Source of the DNA: Hydrolagus affinis
Taxonomy: Eukaryota
Direction: 5' to 3'
DNA: 64,000 nt
Assembly (NCBI GenBank): GCA_012026655.1
Contig: JAAILG010000375.1
Coordinates: forward strand, 1 to 64,000
Made by a program: the position numbers and the translations under genes. Shown one piece after another: positions 63,221-64,000 of this stretch; positions within the stretch are counted from its first letter, which is position 1; each line of letters opens with the position of its first letter. Under the pieces are notes generated by a model. It was not told the origin of the DNA. It was given only the letters and a program-made list of their open reading frames with translations, and did not search any database.

Positions 63221-64000
63221 AACAACATCCAATGGACATTCATGTCTTTATCAGGTAGCCATTTTAGACAATGACTGATTGAACATTTATGGGGTCTTAT
63301 CCTAACCTATCATCCACAATCACAAAATATCTTGACCATTACCTAGTGCACAAAACACTTGTTTTATTAGACTGAAGCACACACTACTCCACATTTCTGA
63401 AAATTGAAGCTGAAACAAATTACCAAATTTTGGAGTGAGATGTATATGCAGCTTGGTAGTTGTACAGAAAAACAGATTTTTTGTTTAATGTTGTTAAGGA
63501 ACCAGTTGCACAATCATCTCTTTAATAATATTAACATTTGCCATTACTACACCGCATTCAGTATAAACATTGCGTGAATCTCAGGGTTTTAATGTTCACA
63601 AACCTCTTGAGCTTAGATTCTGTAGAATGAGGTCATCTGACCTCTCGATTGTGGCAATTTTGTAAAACATTCCAGTTTACATGTTTACACTGTACACAGG
63701 AGACTAAACATGCTATAGTAAATCTAAGCATAAATTCACTGCAAAGAATTGTTGCTTTTTATAGGAACTGTGACCCATTTAGTAAAGCAATGTTTCCTTT
63801 TATATCTGTTCTCTCGAACAGCCTGGTAGAAAACCTATATCTTGCCCCATGGTCTAATAGTACCACACACATGTTGTTTAAACACACAATATCCTTTTCA
63901 GTTTTGTCTTCCTGTTGATGAATGCACTGTAGGGTGGTCTCACCAACAGCAGCAAGTCCAAGATATTAGTGGCAACAAAGGAAACAGCCCAGTTTGTTGC

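Overview
AT-rich eukaryotic (vertebrate) non-coding DNA; the repeat content suggests a cartilaginous fish, possibly a chimaera (inference only). I found no protein-coding exon, rRNA, genuine tRNA or CRISPR array that I can support, and the short ORFs are noise or transposon relics. The window is a layered record of mobile elements. It holds about 15 copies or fragments of one young tRNA-headed SINE with a DeuSINE-like body, older DeuSINE-like and LF-SINE-like relics, many L2 LINE 3' ends, CR1 ends, a TA-flanked Tigger/pogo-type MITE, and heavily decayed Gypsy, Vingi-like, piggyBac-like, hAT and Penelope-like relics. The most notable patterns are: about a dozen ~60-nt L2 inserts consisting of little more than the 3' stem-loop plus (TTG)n tail; three L2 insertions into the same short segment of the SINE; an 84-nt hairpin with 25-bp perfect arms inside a local duplication; a direct-inverted-direct micro-triplication; and a decayed hammerhead ribozyme motif. 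Family names come from remembered consensus motifs, not database searches, and boundaries are approximate.
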